DNA of 64,000 nucleotides from positions 73,594,001 through 73,658,000 of the forward strand of contig NC_043003.1 of the NCBI RefSeq assembly GCF_006345805.1. Reading direction: 5' to 3'. Each line of letters opens with the position of its first letter. Position 1 is the first letter of the stretch. The notes under the pieces are model-generated. The model was given only the letters and a program-made list of their open reading frames with translations, made no database searches and was not told the origin of the DNA. The translations under genes and the position numbers were made by a program. Positions 1 to 13,995 of the stretch are shown in pieces. This stretch comes from Octopus sinensis (taxonomy: Eukaryota).

Positions 1-703
1 CGCATACGCAGCAGAATTAAAGGTCAATCTGTGCTAATCGATTTTACTCTGCCTGCTTTCGCTTAATTACTATGGCAACAGTCTTGTTATTTATTGAGCA
101 GACCTCGTGTACATATATACAAAAATATCCTGCTGATGTTGAAATTCCAATGAAGGAGCCTTGGATCTAGATTAGGAACCTGCTCCTTTTGTATTGGCAA
201 GAAATATTAAAATAAAACTGAATAATGACATACATACATGCATGCATACATACATATGTTGCAGGTGCTAATTTTGAAAGGATAAATGTGTGTTACATAA
301 AGAATATAAGCATTTCTTTTATTTTGAAGTGTATCGCATCAACATGCTGCTCATGGAAAATGCTTTAAGGGAACTCCAGTTCTTTCTCAATTTCACGTCA
401 CGATAATTCTATCACTGATTCTTTTTTTTTATCTAGTTGATTGACATTTAGTATTACATCAAAGTATTCACCTTTCACAACTTATAGAGACAAAACTCAG
501 TTTTATTAAACTGCTTCATACCAGAGACACACAAATTACCCGGGTATAGAAATAAGGTGGTATTCATGAAATTTATGAATATCTTGGTTCTTTGCGCTCC
601 TTATTCCTTTACGTTGTTTAGGTTATTGACAAAAATAACAGTCCTTAAAACACTAATTTTGAAATCTGATGCTCATTCTCTTTTTTTTTTCATTTTCAAT
701 ATG

Positions 704-863
704 TACCTACCTACCTACCTACCTACATACATACATACATACCTACGAACCTACCTACCTACCTACCTACCTACCTACCTACCTACCTACCTACCTACCT
801 ACCTACCTACCTACTTACCTACCTATCTGTCAACCTACTTCCCTACTAACCTACCTACCTACC
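704..863 (+). repeat. (TACC)n microsatellite
   Basis: Direct tandem TACC units; source of the TYLP-repeat ORFs. Confidence 0.95.
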
Positions 864-925
864 TGCATACATACATACAAACATAGAGAGAGAGATGGAT
901 AGATGAATAGATACATTGATTGATT

Positions 926-997
<72 letters not shown>
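926..997 (+). repeat. (GATA)n microsatellite
   Basis: Direct tandem GATA units. Confidence 0.95.
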
Positions 998-998
<1 letters not shown>

Positions 999-1292
999 CA
1001 AATTCACTACGTTGCTGTTTGAGGTGTGATAAAGTAGAATCATTTCTCAGATCATGCTTATCATGTATAGAAACAATTTAATGATAGGTCATGTGCTCTC
1101 CGTTATTTATCATTTAAGCTAACCCTTCACATAATATTTCCATGTTTTTCAGCGGATTTATAATTCCATTGTTTGTCTGAAACAACAGAGAAGTCTTCAA
1201 TATATATTTCTAAAGATATTTCCTATATCTCACAAGTTCTTGCAAATATAATAAATAAGATTTAGACAAACACACACAAATAGGTTTACTTA

Positions 1293-1324
<32 letters not shown>

Positions 1325-1331
<7 letters not shown>

Positions 1332-1490
1332 CGGAGTAAACACATAAATGTGAAACAGGGTGGAAAAAAGAGTACTCAAATACCAGTGGTAGAGTAATAT
1401 GCTTTATTTTAAGCAGCAGAAAATTCAACAAAATCTGTTACTCTGAGTTTCTCGTTGCCGTTCATCAGACAGTTTTTGCTAGAATGGAAC
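1325..1490 (-). mobile_element. Penelope-like pLTR remnant
   Basis: Carries a hammerhead-like core on the - strand and abuts a (TA)n tract; no ORF. PLE assignment is inferred from the known PLE-hammerhead association. Confidence 0.45.
1430..1476 (-). ncRNA. Minimal type I hammerhead ribozyme-like motif
   Basis: - strand: AAAACTGT-CTGATGA-ACGGCAACGA-GAAA-CTCAGAG-TA-ACAGATTTT. Intact core, GUA triplet, helix I CTGT/ACAG; helix II only 2 bp plus GCAA loop with flanking unpaired A. Confidence 0.5.
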
Positions 1491-1859
1491 TTATATATTA
1501 ATTCAATCTATACTCTTACAAACGCTACACCTTTAAAAAGAAATGGACTTGTTTGATTGGCCCTTTAGAAAAAACGGTCAATCTTCGAGCGATAAACAAA
1601 AAGGTCAAAAATATATGTATATATATATATAAAAACTTATAAAAATTATAAAATCCGAGGAAAAAACCGAGGAAAAAAACCTATTGCCGTTAATGAAGAC
1701 AGTACAAATTAATGCATATAAATTAAACCTGTTATAAATACTGCAATACATATTTATATATATGTGGATTTTAATATAATCCACATATAACCTGTTATAA
1801 ATACTGCAATACATATTTATATATATGTGGATTTTAATATATGTAGATTTTAAAATAAA

Positions 1860-1962
<103 letters not shown>

Positions 1963-2060
1963 TACATATATATATGTATGTATATATATATATACACACG
2001 TGTGTGTGTGTGTGTGTGTGTGTAATCATTGTAAAACAACTCTTATTACACAATCAAATA

Positions 2061-3127
2061 CACTTTAAGAAAAAATTTGTGTACGTATTCTCCACAATTT
2101 TATAATAACATCAGTCTATGAATCCACTTTCATCTTGAATTATTGCGTCAATGAAGGACTGTATTGTATCACATGCTTACACTAAATGGTTCATATTCAT
2201 TCTGGACATCACAAAGGTATGGCTGTCTGAATTGATAATATGGTATTCACAGAATATAAATTACTCTCCTTTCCAACAACACTCCCAATATACTTGGGAT
2301 ATAAATCTGGCGAGTTTGGAGGCCGAAATTTGGGAGCTCCATGATCGTAAGGATTCCTGATTTACATGAGCTTTCTGGGAAGTCCTAAATATTTGTTGAA
2401 ACACGTATGGCCTTCCACTGTGTACATAATTTATACAGGACTTAGTAAATGTCTCCAGTACCTCCACGTATCCTGCAGCGTTAATTCCCAGAAAAGATGA
2501 AAGGTGGCCTGATATGACCTTCGGTACTCAACACTATTAAAACCATAACAGTTTCTGGAAAATTAGTGTTTATCACCTGGGATGGGGGCATCAAAACGTT
2601 ATAGCATAATCACCTGTCGATTGAACAATTAGATATTTGGTCATGGCTGAAGTTTTCCCATTACAGGTTAACTGATGCATGCCATGATTAGAAGCAGTTT
2701 TATACTTGTTAAATACCCGCTTGACACCGATCAAACGCTTTTCCTGCCTTTACGCACATTAACTGGTTTCTCCGCGCTATATGCGAGTTCTATCAAATGA
2801 CATCCTTTACAAGTGTTTTCATAGTTCACACCGGCAATTAAAATTGTTTGCCAATAGCCCTCATTCATTTTCCCACATAATGCTGGATGAATTGTCAGAT
2901 CGTTTGGAATGTTTGTTTATCATTCACAGGGTTGAAACTTACTCGACATGCTTCCAATTCTGTCCAAACTTTATGTACCAAAGATATTGCAACATTTAGA
3001 AAGTAGGCAATTTCTAAATCACTGTGTTCTGCACCTACAGCGACCATTATTGCATAAGTGTGTTAACAGTTTATCTCCCATAGGATATCTGAAAGAAATA
3101 AAAGCACTTCAACTTGTTCGGAGAGTG
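2061..3127 (-). mobile_element. Degenerate Tc1/mariner-superfamily element (maT-like)
   Basis: - strand fragments GYVEVLETF...GRPYVFQQ and RPPNSPDL (cf. WPPNSPDLNP). Degenerate TIRs cactttaagaaaaaatttg / cactctccgaacaagttg, each flanked by TA. Many stops and frameshifts. Confidence 0.7.
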
Positions 3128-3248
3128 TAATATACTGATAATTGAGTGTACACAGATACCCTTGTGCTCCACTTCTTTCTCTTTCCCTCTCTCTTTCACT
3201 CTATACATGCACACACATACATATACATACATATACATACATACATAA

Positions 3249-3315
<67 letters not shown>

Positions 3316-3362
3316 CATACATGCAGACACACACACACACATTTTATATAATAAATAAATAA

Positions 3363-3611
3363 ATGTGCCCTTTTAAAGCCTAGCCAAGCTCATGGGCCTG
3401 AATTCCCGGTTTCAATGGCGTACGTGTTCTCAAGCAGGATGGACCACCAGTCCATCACAGCATTATTCATTTTGCCAGCTTAGTGGACTGGAACAACGTG
3501 AAATAAAGTGTTTCGCTCAAGAACACAACTGCGTCGCCCGGTCCAGGAATCGAAACCACAATCTTACGATCATGATGCTGACACCCTAACCACTAAGCCA
3601 CGCGCCTCCAC
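3363..3611 (-). mobile_element. tRNA-derived SINE with CORE-like block
   Basis: - strand head gtggaggcgcgtggcttagtggttagg (A box), gtttcgattcc (B box), followed by tgtgttcttgagcgaaacactt. Confidence 0.85.
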
Positions 3612-3711
3612 GTATATATATTCTATTTCTATTCCTGAGCGCTATACTAATACATTTGTTTGTTGTACTCAACCTGCCTTCGTCTTTTGTTTATTTTTAT
3701 AAACTTTCCCG

Positions 3712-3763
<52 letters not shown>

Positions 3764-3805
3764 TATATATGTATATATATATACATACATACGTATACAC
3801 ACACA

Positions 3806-3888
<83 letters not shown>

Positions 3889-4099
3889 ATTTTAAAAAAA
3901 TGTGATGGAGTAGATAAAATCAAGCGGAACGATGGAAGTAGTAAATTATTCAAAAAAGGGGTAGACTGCAAGCTAATCTTCAGGTCATGGATAGCTTGAT
4001 TATATGAAGATAACATTGCGGTTGGGAGATCTCGTGTAAATGTTTGAATACATATTATCCTGGAATTTAAATGGAAAATAATAATTTACTCACTTTCAG

Positions 4100-4161
4100 A
4101 TACATGCATCTTTCATGTCTGACAATGTGGCAGAGTGGGTTTCAGATAACTACAGTACAAT
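4100..4161 (+). CDS. Candidate coding exon A (IHASFMSDNVAEWVSDNYST), uncharacterised gene
   Basis: tttactcactttcag acceptor, GTATGT donor, open frame, phase 0 to 2; compatible with exon B. Confidence 0.35.
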
Positions 4162-4827
4162 GTATGTATTTCATTTCTTATTAATTTTGTGAAAAATACC
4201 TGACATTATTTTCTCTTGTAACACCAAGTTTCGCACCACATAATATTTTCTGCATTTCTGATCGTAGTAAACTTTTAGATGTGGTAAATTTTATGTACAC
4301 TCAAACTTTTCAAGTTTCCTATATTTCTTATCTATATTTCACTCTTTACTTTTGAGTCAATAACTGGTCATTGTCTTATTAGTATTCATATGACTTAGGA
4401 TTTTTGTTTATGAAATAAATATTCCTCTCTTGAAGATAAGTGAATAAATCCTCTACATCCTCTTGGATATGTATTATTTCCTCGTCATATTTGCAAACTT
4501 CTACACATTTTTTCTAAATCCACTTCCTATTATCTGCTCCTCTGACTTATTTTCACTTTCAATTTTCATATATTTCAACTTTAAAACAAATATTTGTAAA
4601 AGAAAATTTTCTTTAAAATGATTTCTAAAGAATTCAAAATGAAATAATGTAATTTAAAAATGTCTTAATACACAGACTCACACACATACACACACACACA
4701 CACATGCACACACACACAAGAGCACACACATATCCGTCCACCACGCCTTATATCTACGCACACATATACATATACACATATATATATATATATTCAAATA
4801 CGTATAATATATACATACACACATACA

Positions 4828-4887
<60 letters not shown>

Positions 4888-5825
4888 ATATATATAATAT
4901 ATATAATTCTTTAACAAAATTAGCATTGACGGTTGCTTGAAAGTTTCGGCTAGTTGTTTCATGGCTAAGCAGACCGAATTTTCCAAGTCACCACAAGTAG
5001 TCTATGTAATCTACAAAAGTATAGAATAGCGATTCAGATTTCTGCAATGTTTTACATACAAAGATATATGCATATATACATACATACATACATACATACA
5101 TACATACATACATAAATAAATACATATATATATATATGCATTTACGCACGCCTATGTATGTATATTTGTATGTTCATATACATATATATGCATGCATGTG
5201 TGCATATACATTCACGTAAGTGCTGGCATGCAGTGTTTGCGTGTTTGTCAGTACATGTGTTGAAATATTAATATGTACTGTTACACACGCTGATATATAC
5301 ATATAATTTCAGATTCTTTTATAACTTTATATTCTGTTTTATATTGATCAATGTTGACTGATAAAAGAAAGGTGTATGATGTATGGCTATATACGTGTCT
5401 CTACGTTTAAGTATGTAATGTGTAAACTAAATAAAAAAATATTACTCAATGATGTTTGGCTTCAATTGCAGAAAGAAAAATGTTCCAAAGTAGACAGTTC
5501 AGAAACTGCTCACGTAAGAAACAAGACAATGGCAAATCATATTTGTAGTGTACTAACTCAATAAGGTTTCCTGCATCAATAACAAAATACAGTCAGTAAA
5601 AGCAAATCAACTTGTGAACAACCCAAACTGTATTATAAGGCATGATCGCACAAACTCTCCTTCTCTCTCTTTTACTCCCTTTCTCTCTCTCTCTTACTCT
5701 CTTTCCCTCTCTCTCTCACACACATATTATATGATTATATGATATATATATGGTATATAAAATTTATATAATATATATGTATATATATAAACTATTTCCC
5801 TCTCTCTGTACACACACACCTATAC

Positions 5826-5865
<40 letters not shown>

Positions 5866-6072
5866 CAGATTATATATCGACAAATATTATATATGTATAT
5901 ATATACATGTATATAGGTACATATATATATATATATATAATATATATATATTATACATATTATATATCGACAAATGTATTATATATATATATATATATAT
6001 ATTATTTATACATATTATATATAGACAAATATATATAGTACAATGTAATATAATAAAAATGTTTATACACGT

Positions 6073-6115
<43 letters not shown>

Positions 6116-6391
6116 TACCCACACGCACACACAAGCACGCACACATACACATGTGCATGTATATATATATATATTATTGGTAACGACAGTAACTAGTGTT
6201 GTTGATGAAGATGGTGGTGATTATACCGTTGAATTTAGAGAGTGAATGACGACAAACACGTCGTTACAAATGAAGTTACATACTTATTCGGACACCTACA
6301 CACACAGCGAGGAGGAATCCTTAGAAAGCAGAAAATTGAATATGGCAGAGCCGGAGGGTTACACAGCACACACACACACACAAACACACAA

Positions 6392-6448
<57 letters not shown>

Positions 6449-6546
6449 TATACACCTTATACACCCGTACGTATATGCATGTACATATATATGTATATCG
6501 TATAATTTTATACACGCATATATGCAGCAATATATATATATATATA

Positions 6547-6585
<39 letters not shown>

Positions 6586-6604
6586 GCATATGTCTATATG
6601 CATG

Positions 6605-6649
<45 letters not shown>

Positions 6650-7266
6650 TATATATAATATATATATATATATGCATATGTATAATTTTATATGCACACA
6701 TATAGGAACAACTTTACACGCATCCATATGTATATATGCCTGTTTGTATGTACATCTGTGTGTATGTTCGTGCATGCGTATATACGTACGTATATGTACA
6801 AACTTTTGTGTTCGCGTTTGTACATTTCGACAGTGAAAACAGCGGGAGCGGAGGACGCAAACACGAAACGTCAGTGAGAAAATTGTTTGGCATGGAGTTG
6901 GCACCAGATAAACACATGAAATAATTGTGTTTTGCTCACTGCACGAGAGTGCGTGAGCCGGAATGTTGGTATGTGCGTGTTTTGAGTGGATCTGTGGTTA
7001 CTTTATCGTCTCTAGTTGTGTAAATGCTCATGTTTATCAGGGAAAGGAATAAACATACGAACACTGCCTTCGATGCCCTATCTGTCTGTTTTTCTGTCTA
7101 CTTCTGTGTGAATGTCTGTCTCTCTGTATCTGTCCCTCGATGTCTCTCTGTGTCTCTCTCGTTGTCTATTTGTCTATCACTCTCTCACTCACTTTCTCCG
7201 AATATATGCGTATATACATATATTTTTATTCAGTACATACAAACAAATACATATATACATATTTAC

Positions 7267-7360
<94 letters not shown>

Positions 7361-7485
7361 TTACATATATTTCTAATCATTCATACAACCATATATTTAA
7401 TCTATCTATCTATTTGTCTGTCTGTCTGTCTGACTATCTATCTATCTATCTATCTATCCATCTATCTATCTTTAGATATATAATA

Positions 7486-7586
<101 letters not shown>

Positions 7587-7949
7587 TAGATATATACATA
7601 CACACACACACACATATATATATATATTACACACACACTCTCTTTAACAGATATACATTTAAATATCTTTGTGTGTGTATGTGTGTGTGTCTGAGTCTGT
7701 GCTCGCGCGGCTATGCACTTGCAATTACATAGTTCCATGTGTGGTTACTCTATTTATTATTATTGCTGGATAATCTTTCGTAAACATGTTTATAACTTTT
7801 GCTCTCTTAATATCGGGCACTGCTACTACTATTACAATTACTATCACTGCTACTGCTGCTGATGTTAATATTTTCGCTATCATAATGTCTTATTTTTTTC
7901 TACAGTATCTTAGTATTTTATAGCTTTTATATTTTCTTACCAAATATGA

Positions 7950-9050
7950 ATGCTGTTTATCTGAACCTCATTAATAATATATGCTATTAGTCTTACTATT
8001 GTTTAGATCCATGAATTGTCTGATATCCTAAACATTTTAAAGTATTGTCAGCCATGCCCACCATGTCCTATACTAAATCAAGTATCTAGTACTACATTAT
8101 CTAGATTTTTCGATTTCCATTTAAAAAAAACACATTAATCGTTGGATAAGAAGTTGTAAATAATGTTGTGAGAAACATTACCTGTTATATCTCGAGTTCT
8201 AGCAACCCTGTAGATTCTCCATTGTTGGCACCGTATATTGTGTGTTCTAAATTCTGGAGGTATGTAAATATTTTCAGTCTTTGCGTGTATCTGTACCAGC
8301 GTTTCTTTTCTTATATATTTTGATGCAGAAATACATCCTAATAAATGTATTGTGGAGGTGGGGATTCAAATGTATCATATCTGTATGATTATTTCATTCT
8401 TTTGTGGACGTCGGTTGTTATTACACGTTAACACGATTGTTCATCATCATTTGAGTTGAAGGATGCTCCGTTTAGATTCAGCCAAAGTAACCACTATGCA
8501 CGGGTGTTATTTTTCTTGAGTCTTTTCTCTGCCATTACCTAGCACTGTTGTGTGTACTTAAGATACATGGAGTATTTCTCTGTTTGATTCCAAACATTCT
8601 AATATGTATATAACAGAGTTACTTTGTGCACGTTGTGTACATTTGTACGAACTGTAGTTTTGGTCATGCCTTTGCTCTTGTATTTTAGGTATAGTTTCTG
8701 TTATGAAGGCAGCTTGTATTGTAGGTATAGTTTCTGTTATCAGAAACTATTTGATGCCATCTAAATGAACTAACGTTACGGCACTGTTCTTGCTATTTCT
8801 ATTTTAGACCTTTACATTTGCGTAGATTCTCCATTTCATTTAAAGATAAACCATAATCTGTTGGGACTGATATTTCCATAAAGTGATATTAATTTCCTGG
8901 TGGCCCATGACAATAATATCTAATGGAATAACCTATTCCCCCCGCCTTTGTAGATTACTTATCAACTATAGGACCAAGTTAGTACACCTTAGGAGGGGTT
9001 CTATCTGGAAAATTCACATACGATTGAGACATACACCTACTGTATTGAGC
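7950..9050 (-). mobile_element. Highly degraded LINE-like (L1/Tx1?) remnant
   Basis: Non-microsatellite, A-rich - strand with broken coding-like texture; no intact motif could be read. Confidence 0.25.
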
Positions 9051-9078
9051 TAATTAACCGAGACTATCCTTGCAGTTA

Positions 9079-9083
<5 letters not shown>

Positions 9084-9125
<42 letters not shown>
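9084..9125 (+). repeat. (TC)n microsatellite
   Basis: Direct tandem TC. Confidence 0.95.
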
Positions 9126-9129
<4 letters not shown>

Positions 9130-9802
9130 CGCTCTCTTTCTCTCTCTTTAATGATGCTTAACATTCTAAAATAAGGAGCAAAATGAAATAACTCCGGTGA
9201 TATGTGCCAAGGTATTCTTTGCTTAGAGAGTTAGAACGCCAGAAAAAATTGTTGAGCTAGAGATTGAGTTAAATCTTCAGACGTATTTATCAGTGCCCGA
9301 AAGAAGAAATGCCTTCTTATCAATTCCACTAGTTGACTTTATATTTATACAAAATAATCAAGAAAAAAAAAACAGAAAAAAAAACAAACCAAAACAATAC
9401 GAATAAATTAACGAAAAAAATACAAATAAAAGAAACGGGAAAAGAGGAGGCAACTCACATATGAAGTAATTTAGTATAATGTAGCTCTATTTCAGAAATA
9501 TTCCTTTAATAATCATTAACAGAAATGCAACATTTTTTTAAATATTCGTAATAAAAGTCGAGTACTTGTATTTTAAAGTATATAGAAATTCGTATCACTA
9601 TTCACTGTACATTTATTATCCTGAGTAGTTACAATATCATGGAACTACGCTAAAGGAAACATAACACAGTATGTACCCATGGTACAAGCGAATGAATCGT
9701 ACATTGACGACTCTATAAAAATAAAATAAGTGAACTACTACTACTGCTGTTGCTGCCGCTGTGGCTACTGCTGTTGTTGCTGCTGCTGGTGGTACTATTA
9801 CT

Positions 9803-9901
9803 GCGTGCCCGAGATGCTTTCAGGAGGACGAGACCGTCCTGCATGCACCAATTCAGTGTCCTTACATTAGAGAGTTGCGGGTTTGTGTGGAGCAGCTGTA
9901 G
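9803..9901 (+). mobile_element. L1/Tx1-type LINE fragment, RT-associated CCHC zinc finger
   Basis: Translates ACPRCFQEDETVLHAPIQCPYIRELRVCVEQL*, i.e. C-x2-C...ETV-x-H-x4-C. Confidence 0.7.
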
Positions 9902-9989
9902 TCTGGTGTAAGATGATTTTAGCAGTTTGCCGAGTGTATAGTGAAGATAGATGCACTACCTTCCCTCTGCAGAAAAGGAAGGTAGATCT

Positions 9990-10030
9990 TTCTTCTTCTT
10001 CTTCTTCTTCTTCTTCTTCTTCTTCTTCTT

Positions 10031-10060
<30 letters not shown>
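9990..10060 (+). repeat. (TTC)n / (GAA)n tract at the 3' end of an R4/Dong relic
   Basis: Perfect TTC repeat directly abutting the element 3' end. Confidence 0.95.
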
Positions 10061-10065
<5 letters not shown>

Positions 10066-11420
10066 TAATCCGCATCTTTGCTGCAGTCACTTGTCGAGGC
10101 GCTCCCAGCGTCCTGGGGCGAGTGAAGTATGAAATGTTACAACTTTTGGATATTTTTGCGACATGGTTCTCCTGGGATCTTATCTAGTCGTTTCTGACAT
10201 CCGCTTTTTATCATACCTTGCGCACGTACAATAACAAGAACAGTTCTCGTTTTAAGATGCCACATATTTTGTATTTCAATTTCCAGGTCATCATATTTAC
10301 TTAGTTCGTCTAATTCCTTGACGCGTATTTTTTTTAAGTGGGAAGACACATCTATTAGTTTCCAAGTATTTTCTTCTCTGTCTTTAATTATTTTGCCTGG
10401 TCGATTAGATTGGATCTTTCCGTCAGTGTTGACTGGAAAATCCCAGAGGGTAGTAATATTTTAACCGTCTATTGGCCTGCTGTTTCGTCAAATGTGTCAC
10501 AGAATCTGCATTTAGGGTCAGAACCGTTTTGATGAATGTTAGCCTGGCAGATTTTTTTAGCAAGCTTGGATTTTTGCCGCCAATATGAAACCTTCAGTCT
10601 CTGCCTTCAGTCCTGAAATTCTCAGGCACGGATAGGTTGTTGTTTGATCTACATCAGCATTTCGACTACGAAGTATATACTGTCCATGCAGAGGCTTCTG
10701 GCTCTATCTCCTGAATTTGCTAATGCCCGTTCTCTTTTACAGTCTGCTTTACTATTTTGTTTGATTTGTGGTAGTGGTTTCAGGCTCTTCAACTATTTTA
10801 GGGTTAATGTCAAATTACCTTGCGAATATGCAATCTTCCTTGACAATCGAATATGCATTTCTGCTGATTTCGTGTTTGCACACAAGTCTGTGCACTAGAT
10901 AAGTACCTGTTCATTGCTATTGAGGATGTCTTATGGCACAGCTTTACCTGCATCAATCCTCTTCCCCCATTACTTCTAGGTAGGTGCAGACGATCAACAT
11001 CTGCTTTTGGATGGTGCATGCTCTTAGAAGTTAGTATTTTTCTTTCCTTCCTGTCCAGGCCTTGGAGCTCTGTAAGACTCCAGTTAATGATGTTAAAACC
11101 AAATTAAACGTCCTGGAAGTGTCAGGGTGTTAATGGATTCGATGCGATTTTAGAGATGAGTTCAGTTTTTAGTATGAGTCTTATTCTCCTGTAATATTCT
11201 TTTCTTATTTTTGCCTTCATAGTATCGTGTTGTATACCATCCCCTTCATCTATCCCCAGGTATTTGTAACTTTCCTGCGGGTCAAGCTCCTTGATGGTAG
11301 TGTCGCTAACTAATTTAATGGAAGCTGTTTGTCTCCGTCATTTTTAGCAGCTTTAGATCGTCCATATAAAACATATAGTTTAATGCCGTATTGTGAATTT
11401 TGAGCTCATACCCGACTACC
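10061..11420 (-). mobile_element. R4/Dong-clade non-LTR retrotransposon relic (RT C-terminus + REL), internally deleted
   Basis: - strand: FYMDDLK, YKYLGIDEGDGIQH, MHHPKADVDRLHLPRSNGGRGL, KELDELSKYDDLEIEIQNMWHLKT; homologous to 62194-63744. Confidence 0.9.
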
Positions 11421-12224
11421 TATTTTTCAAGCGCTTTGATGGTTTCCTGCAAGACAAGGAGTTCAAAACCGATGCTGAAAGTGCGTTCAAAGTGTCCAAC
11501 TTCAAAACTCTAGATGTTTATGTTACCGGAAAAAAAAAAACTCTTTGGCAAAAATGTGTTGATCGTAATAGTATTCACTTTAATAAATAACATTTCTGCA
11601 TTGTTGAAATATATTGTGATGAATTTCATGCTTCAAAACGTTACTTACTTTTTACTCAGCCAGATAATTGGAAGCTGTTCAAAATACAGATCTTACACCC
11701 TAAAATTAATACTGACACGCTAAAATTTATATTGAACAGTTCTATTTGCAAACAAAATAATAAGAAGTAGAAATAAGAAGGGAGATCCATATTATAATTG
11801 TTAATCACTACTAGGAATTTAAGCTCGCAAACTTATATTTCCCTAGTAATATCGAATGGGTCACCGAAACAGTGAGATGTTTCAAAAACCGAAACAAGAA
11901 TGGCAGGACAAATACCTGTAAATAGAACTAGAACTAGAAGGTTAATATATGGAACACATCGAGGATCTTAGCAATGAAAATTGGTTGTAGCTGACAGATG
12001 AAAACTGTAAACGATAAACTGAATCATTAATTTTAGCTGCTTTGAAAGAAACCATATGAATGAACTTCATACAGACAATGTTTGCTGAAACATAGTCAAA
12101 GAGCAAATAGAGATTTTTGTGGGACAAGAGACGAAAGTATTGAATATCTCTACGGATCGTACACTGAGATATAAGTATTAAATATCTGTCTGCCACGGAT
12201 CGTATACTGTTTGTTGTGGAAACT

Positions 12225-12380
12225 CGTCAAGTAAATGCAGTGGTGGAAACCCGACCGACTGATCATAAAACTCAGGATCTGATTCCTGAACCGAACGGCA
12301 TGTCGTGTTTAGCAATACGCTACAAGATTACGCTGTTTCAGTCCACTGAACTGGAAATGAGTGCCAGCCTGGTGCTAGTG
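12225..12380 (+). mobile_element. Degenerate SINE related to 3363-3611
   Basis: gctgtttcagtccactgaactggaaatgagt matches the SINE body; head decayed. Confidence 0.5.
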
Positions 12381-12672
12381 TTGTCCTTTCTCGCTCCAAC
12401 TTTTACATACATACCTAGAACGTGCCTATATCCGCTCAAGACATATAGACAACTAAGGTTGTTGCGGGAAACTTGTATAAGATATAAATTCATATTCCCT
12501 TGCGAATGACTGCAGGCATATACACATACACACATACACAGACATCCGCACACATACACACACACAGAGATATATATCCATATACATATACACGAAGAAG
12601 TAAAACAAAATACCCGCACTTTCACCATAACATATCTTTATTATTGCAACACTGCCTTCTGTCCATGCGTGC

Positions 12673-13520
12673 TTATAGTTGATACCATTGTGGTTACATG
12701 ATAGATGATTGAGCCTTAACGCGCCATTTTTTCTGGATTTACAGTGTAAGCATGGCCGCTTCGCTAATAATGTGCATCAAAGGAGAAGAAAGAGCAATGA
12801 TCCGATTTCTTTGGTCGGAATACGCGTGAGGTGCCGAAATTGATCGGAGGATTTTAGCACAATTGGTAAATAGTTTCAACAGTCAGGGTAGCCGTGTGTG
12901 GACGTGCATTGTCAGGTAACAACAAAACCTTCTATGACAATAGGCTTTGACTTTTGGTGTGAATTACTGGCTTCAGTTTCTTGGCCAGCAAAGCACTGTA
13001 TCTTGCACTGTTTATCATACATCCCTTTTCCAGGTAGTCTTCCAGGCCCTTTTTGAGTCCAAAAAAGCCGTTAGCATAATCTTTCCCGCGGAAGATTGAG
13101 ACTTGAATTTCTTCGTCGCTGAGGAGCCAGAATATTTCTACGCCACACTGTCTTTTGGATTCTTCCTCATAATATTGGACCCACGTTTTATTTCCTGTGA
13201 CTATCTGCTCAAAATTTCCTCGCCCTCTTTGTCATAGCGATCCAGTAAACGTTCGAAGACCTCAAGACGTTTGCGCTTGTGCTTTGCAGTAAGCTCCCTC
13301 GGCGGTCATCTTGCACAGACTTTATGGAAGTCGAGCTCATCGTGGATGATTTTTCGAACCTGAAACACCATCCGACCAGAGAATTCGGGTCACTGCTCTT
13401 TGTTCTACTTTAGTGTACATTACTAGCGGAGCAACCATGCTTACACTGTGATGTCAGAAAGGAAAATGGTGCGATCAGGCTTAACATTCGATCACGTGAC
13501 CACGATAGTACCAACTATAA
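12673..13520 (-). mobile_element. Rearranged mariner relic with two convergent 5' ends
   Basis: - strand reads FHKVCAR, frameshifted IVTG..TWV, SAGKIMLT and DNARPHTA. The + strand at 12673-12865 carries a second transposase 5' end (EERAMIRFLWSE...GAEI). Confidence 0.8.
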
Positions 13521-13611
13521 ACATGTATGCGTAGAAGGCAGTCTGACAATAACAAATATATCTTATGGCGAAATTGTGCATAATTTTGGACTTCCCCCCG
13601 TATATACATAC

Positions 13612-13654
<43 letters not shown>

Positions 13655-13955
13655 ATATATATGCGTATCAATACAAATATGCACACACTTATACACATAT
13701 ATTTAATATAAAAAGTGAATACGAATAAATTGAGAATTAGCAATTTTTAACCATTGTTGAGTCAATATACATACATAAATACATACATACGTACATACAT
13801 ACATAGGTACATACATATACATGTATATATGCATGTATATAATATATAGTATATACATACATACACACACATATATATATGTATAAACATATATGTATAT
13901 ATATATACATATTTGTATGGGTACGGCTGTGTGTATTTGTTGTTCACATCAATAG

Positions 13956-13995
13956 CATATGTGATATCAATTCTAATATCTGTCCTAAGTGGATG
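13956..13995 (+). CDS. Candidate coding exon B (ICDINSNICPKWM)
   Basis: ttgttgttcacatcaatag acceptor, GTATGT donor, 40 nt, phase 2 to 0; bridges exons A and C. Confidence 0.33.
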
